DNA of 64,000 nucleotides from Lama guanicoe (taxonomy: Eukaryota), in NCBI GenBank assembly GCA_013239625.1, contig MU054001.1:5124167-5188166 (forward strand), written 5' to 3'. The notes beneath the pieces are model-generated. The model had not been told where the DNA came from. It did no database searches and worked only from the letters and a program-made list of their open reading frames with translations. Made by a program: the position numbers and the translations under genes. Every line of letters starts with the position of its first letter. Position 1 is the first letter of the stretch. This document shows positions 61,390 through 64,000 of this stretch, in pieces.

Positions 61390-63278
61390 CCATGATGAGG
61401 GACAGATGTACAAGTACCCAGAACCCTCACATCATCATAACTATTGCACTGCTAAGGCACCACTCTCTCAGCTCATACCTATGGCCACGTGGGAGTTCTT
61501 TATGACCAGCTGATGGGAGAAGAAAAGGCTGAGCTTGGCTCATGGATGCACTCACTTGGTATGTCAGGGTGAGAAAAAATGGGCTTCTGCTAAATGGCGG
61601 CCCCAACAAGAGGGGTTCATGTAAAATAGAAATGAGAAGGAAAGCCTCCCAGTTGGTAGAATATTGGACATTGTGCTGGATTATTCACTTTGAGTGAAAA
61701 GAAAAGGGGTGCGAGTTGAGAATGCATATATGTGGACTCCTGGACAAAGGGCTGGGTCAGGGGTCTAGGAGAAAAATGGAAAGATCAGGGTCAAGTTGGC
61801 TGGGGGAAGAGGCATGTGATGCATGCAGATATGAAGTGTCAGGTTTTTGTTGCTCATTAGAGAGACCCATCATGGACAAGCTACTAAGCAGCCAACTAAA
61901 CAGAAAGACTTGTCCTCAACAAGTGACATCACTTAGCCTCTGCCGTAAGTGGGCACACAGGTGGAGTAGCCACAATGGCAGGAACTGAGGCTAAGCATGC
62001 GCCCAACAGCCTGGGCTCGCATTGACCAACACTGATCTAATTATTACCACTGCCAAATGTCAACCTGGTAGCAATTAAGACCAAGAATGAGTCCCCAGTA
62101 CGGCACCATCCCTTGTGGGAACCAGTCATTAAACAGCGGGAAGTTGATTATGTTGGACCTCTTCTACCCAGGAGCAGTGATTTGCCTTGGCTGGAATTCA
62201 CACATATTATGGGTAGAAGTCTGCTTTTACTGCTCTCAAGACCTTGAGCATTACCTCTACCTGAAGCTGAGTACCTAATTCTTTGATGTGGGATCCCACA
62301 TTATACTGCCCCAGAATAAGGGCCTGCTTTACAGCAAAAGAGGTATTGGAATGAGCCCATGGCCATAAGATCTTCTGGTCCTATCAAAACTGCATCCATC
62401 AGAAAGCTTTGGGAAGGCCTTTTCAAAGTACACCTAAGACACCAGTTTGATGATGATACCCTAGGAGAATGGAGGCATTGTCCGCAGATCACAGTAGATA
62501 CCTGAATCAATGGTTATTATTATATGATGTTATGTTTCCAATAGGTGGAATTCATGGATCTGGGAACTAATGGGTGAAAGCAGGAGTGGTCCTACTTACC
62601 ATGGTTGCCAGTGGTCCTACTGGAGGAATTTGTATTCCTGTCCCTGTAACTCTGCATTCTATGGAGTTAGAGGTCCTCGCTCTGAGAAAGGGAATGAATG
62701 CTTCCACTAGATGACACAGTGGGAGGCTCGTTCAATTTTAAGGTATGAGTGCTGCTTAGTTACTTCGGATTCCTCAAGCCAAGAGACAAGCAGTCACATA
62801 GTGGAGGCCATTCTAGCAGAGATATTGACCCTGATCACCTGGTGGAGGTCAGGCTGATATTACAAATGGCAGCAGAAAAGAATTTGTAAGGCATCCAGGT
62901 GATCTATTGAAGTGTCTTTTGGTACTTCCTTTCCTAGTTTTGATGGTAAGTGAAGAACTAAAGCATCCTCAACCTGGTTAGGGTATGGGACCCCTCGGGA
63001 ATGAGGGTCTGGGTCACCTATCAGGTAAGCCACCAGACCAGCAGATGCGCTAATCCAAGGATGAGGGGAATCTGGAATGGGCAGAGAAGGCAGGCAGTGA
63101 GTATCAGCTGTGCCTCGAGACCAGCTCCGGTGGCAGGATCTTTAGTTCTCCCACTAAACCTTCCTGCGGTGATTTTCCCCAGCAAAGCAGACCAATCAGA
63201 ATCTTGGAGAAACTGTCCTAAGAACTTGTTACATAAAGGAATGTAGATCTAAACAATGCAATGGTCTTTGGATAATGG
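61390..63278 (+). mobile_element. Decayed ERV-L (HERV16-like) pol 3' half: RNase H, integrase, dUTPase
   Basis: 62087 'SPQYGTIPCGNQ' and 'gttgattatgttggacctctt' (VDYVGPL) match ERV-L integrase SPRYGTIP.GDQ...VDYIGPL; 'attgaccctgatcac' (IDPDH) near 62.83 kb matches the dUTPase motif; many stops and frameshifts. Confidence 0.85.
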
Positions 63279-63679
63279 TTTTTTGGGTTTTGTGGTGCAC
63301 CACCCGGATTTCCCCCTCAGGACTGGGGCACTCATTCTCCAGCTGCTGGAAGTTTGGGAGGCTGATGACATCAGCTGAGTCCCTCTGCAGGCACTGTCCT
63401 CACCCAATACCACACACCGTCTGGAGAAGGGATGTGCAGCCTACATCCAATGACTTCCTGATCGGGCTGTAATAGCCTAGCCCCCTTACCTTGAGACAAG
63501 ATGACTCTGGAGAGCCAACTCAGCTCCAAAGCTCTGCAGAGCAATTCAACTTCATCCTCTGCCAGTTCCTGCTGCCTTCACTCCCCAGCAGGTGTTGATC
63601 TTTGTGGGCACTCCCCAGTCAACTTCCTGCGTGCACATCTCTGTCTCAGTCTGTTTGTCAGGGAACCAAACCTAAGATA
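63279..63679 (+). mobile_element. LTR16C-like 3' LTR
   Basis: 'tgtggtgcaccacccggat...cagctgagtccctc...catccaatgact...cagggaaccaaacctaagata'. Confidence 0.85.
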
Positions 63680-64000
63680 CCCTGAGTCTCAGCTAGTTCT
63701 GTAACATCCACTGTGTAAGTCAGGCAGTGGGAGTAACATCAGTGGGGAGACTGATGATATTCTCCCTTCACCATTGTGAACGCCCCTTCTGTTTTCTCTT
63801 TGATCTCAGAACATCTCGTGGTACTCCACCCATCATCCCAGAAAATTCAGGCATTCCTGAACATCTTGCCATCAAGAGTATCTCTTGGCTCCCTCCCCTC
63901 AGGTCTAATATCAGTTGAATGGAATAGCAGAAGATTCCATAAACCTTACACATCAGCTGGGTGAAGATGAAAGGCAAACAGCTAAGGAAACAAAAAACAA

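Noticed and set aside
19633..63679. The two ERV-L remnants as halves of one split provirus
   Set aside because: The first has its own PPT, 3' LTR and TSD, and the two 3' LTRs look like different LTR16 subfamilies.

Overview
Repeat-rich mammalian intergenic or deep-intronic DNA. It is most likely camelid: there are three tRNA-derived SINEs resembling the camelid vic-1 family and cetartiodactyl-type L1 3' ends, and I saw no Alu, BovB/Bov-A or PRE-1. I found no credible protein-coding exon, structural RNA gene or CpG-island promoter; the six-frame ORFs are chance ORFs or decayed retroelement frames. A large share of the window is old eutherian repeats (MIR, L2, L3/CR1, L1M, MaLR MLT1, MLT2, ERVL LTR16/LTR33, hAT MER elements). 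The most notable structure is an ancient, dead ERV-L provirus (19633-22570, LTR-gag-pro-PPT-LTR with a 5-bp TSD) nested in a MER103C transposon. Its gag carries a near-perfect 3 x 159-bp tandem triplication (20544-21020), which must be much younger than the element or an assembly artefact. Other leads are an L1 with an inverted internal ORF2 block, a perfect palindrome joining two MAF half-sites inside an LTR, a TGACA(G) motif cluster overlapping a candidate non-coding exon (36.4-37.2 kb) and a second candidate exon at 60.9 kb. I see no convincing evidence of a new biological system. Repeat family names come from my recall of consensus sequences, not from a search, and boundaries without a TSD are approximate (tens of bp). 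All need RepeatMasker/Dfam confirmation.
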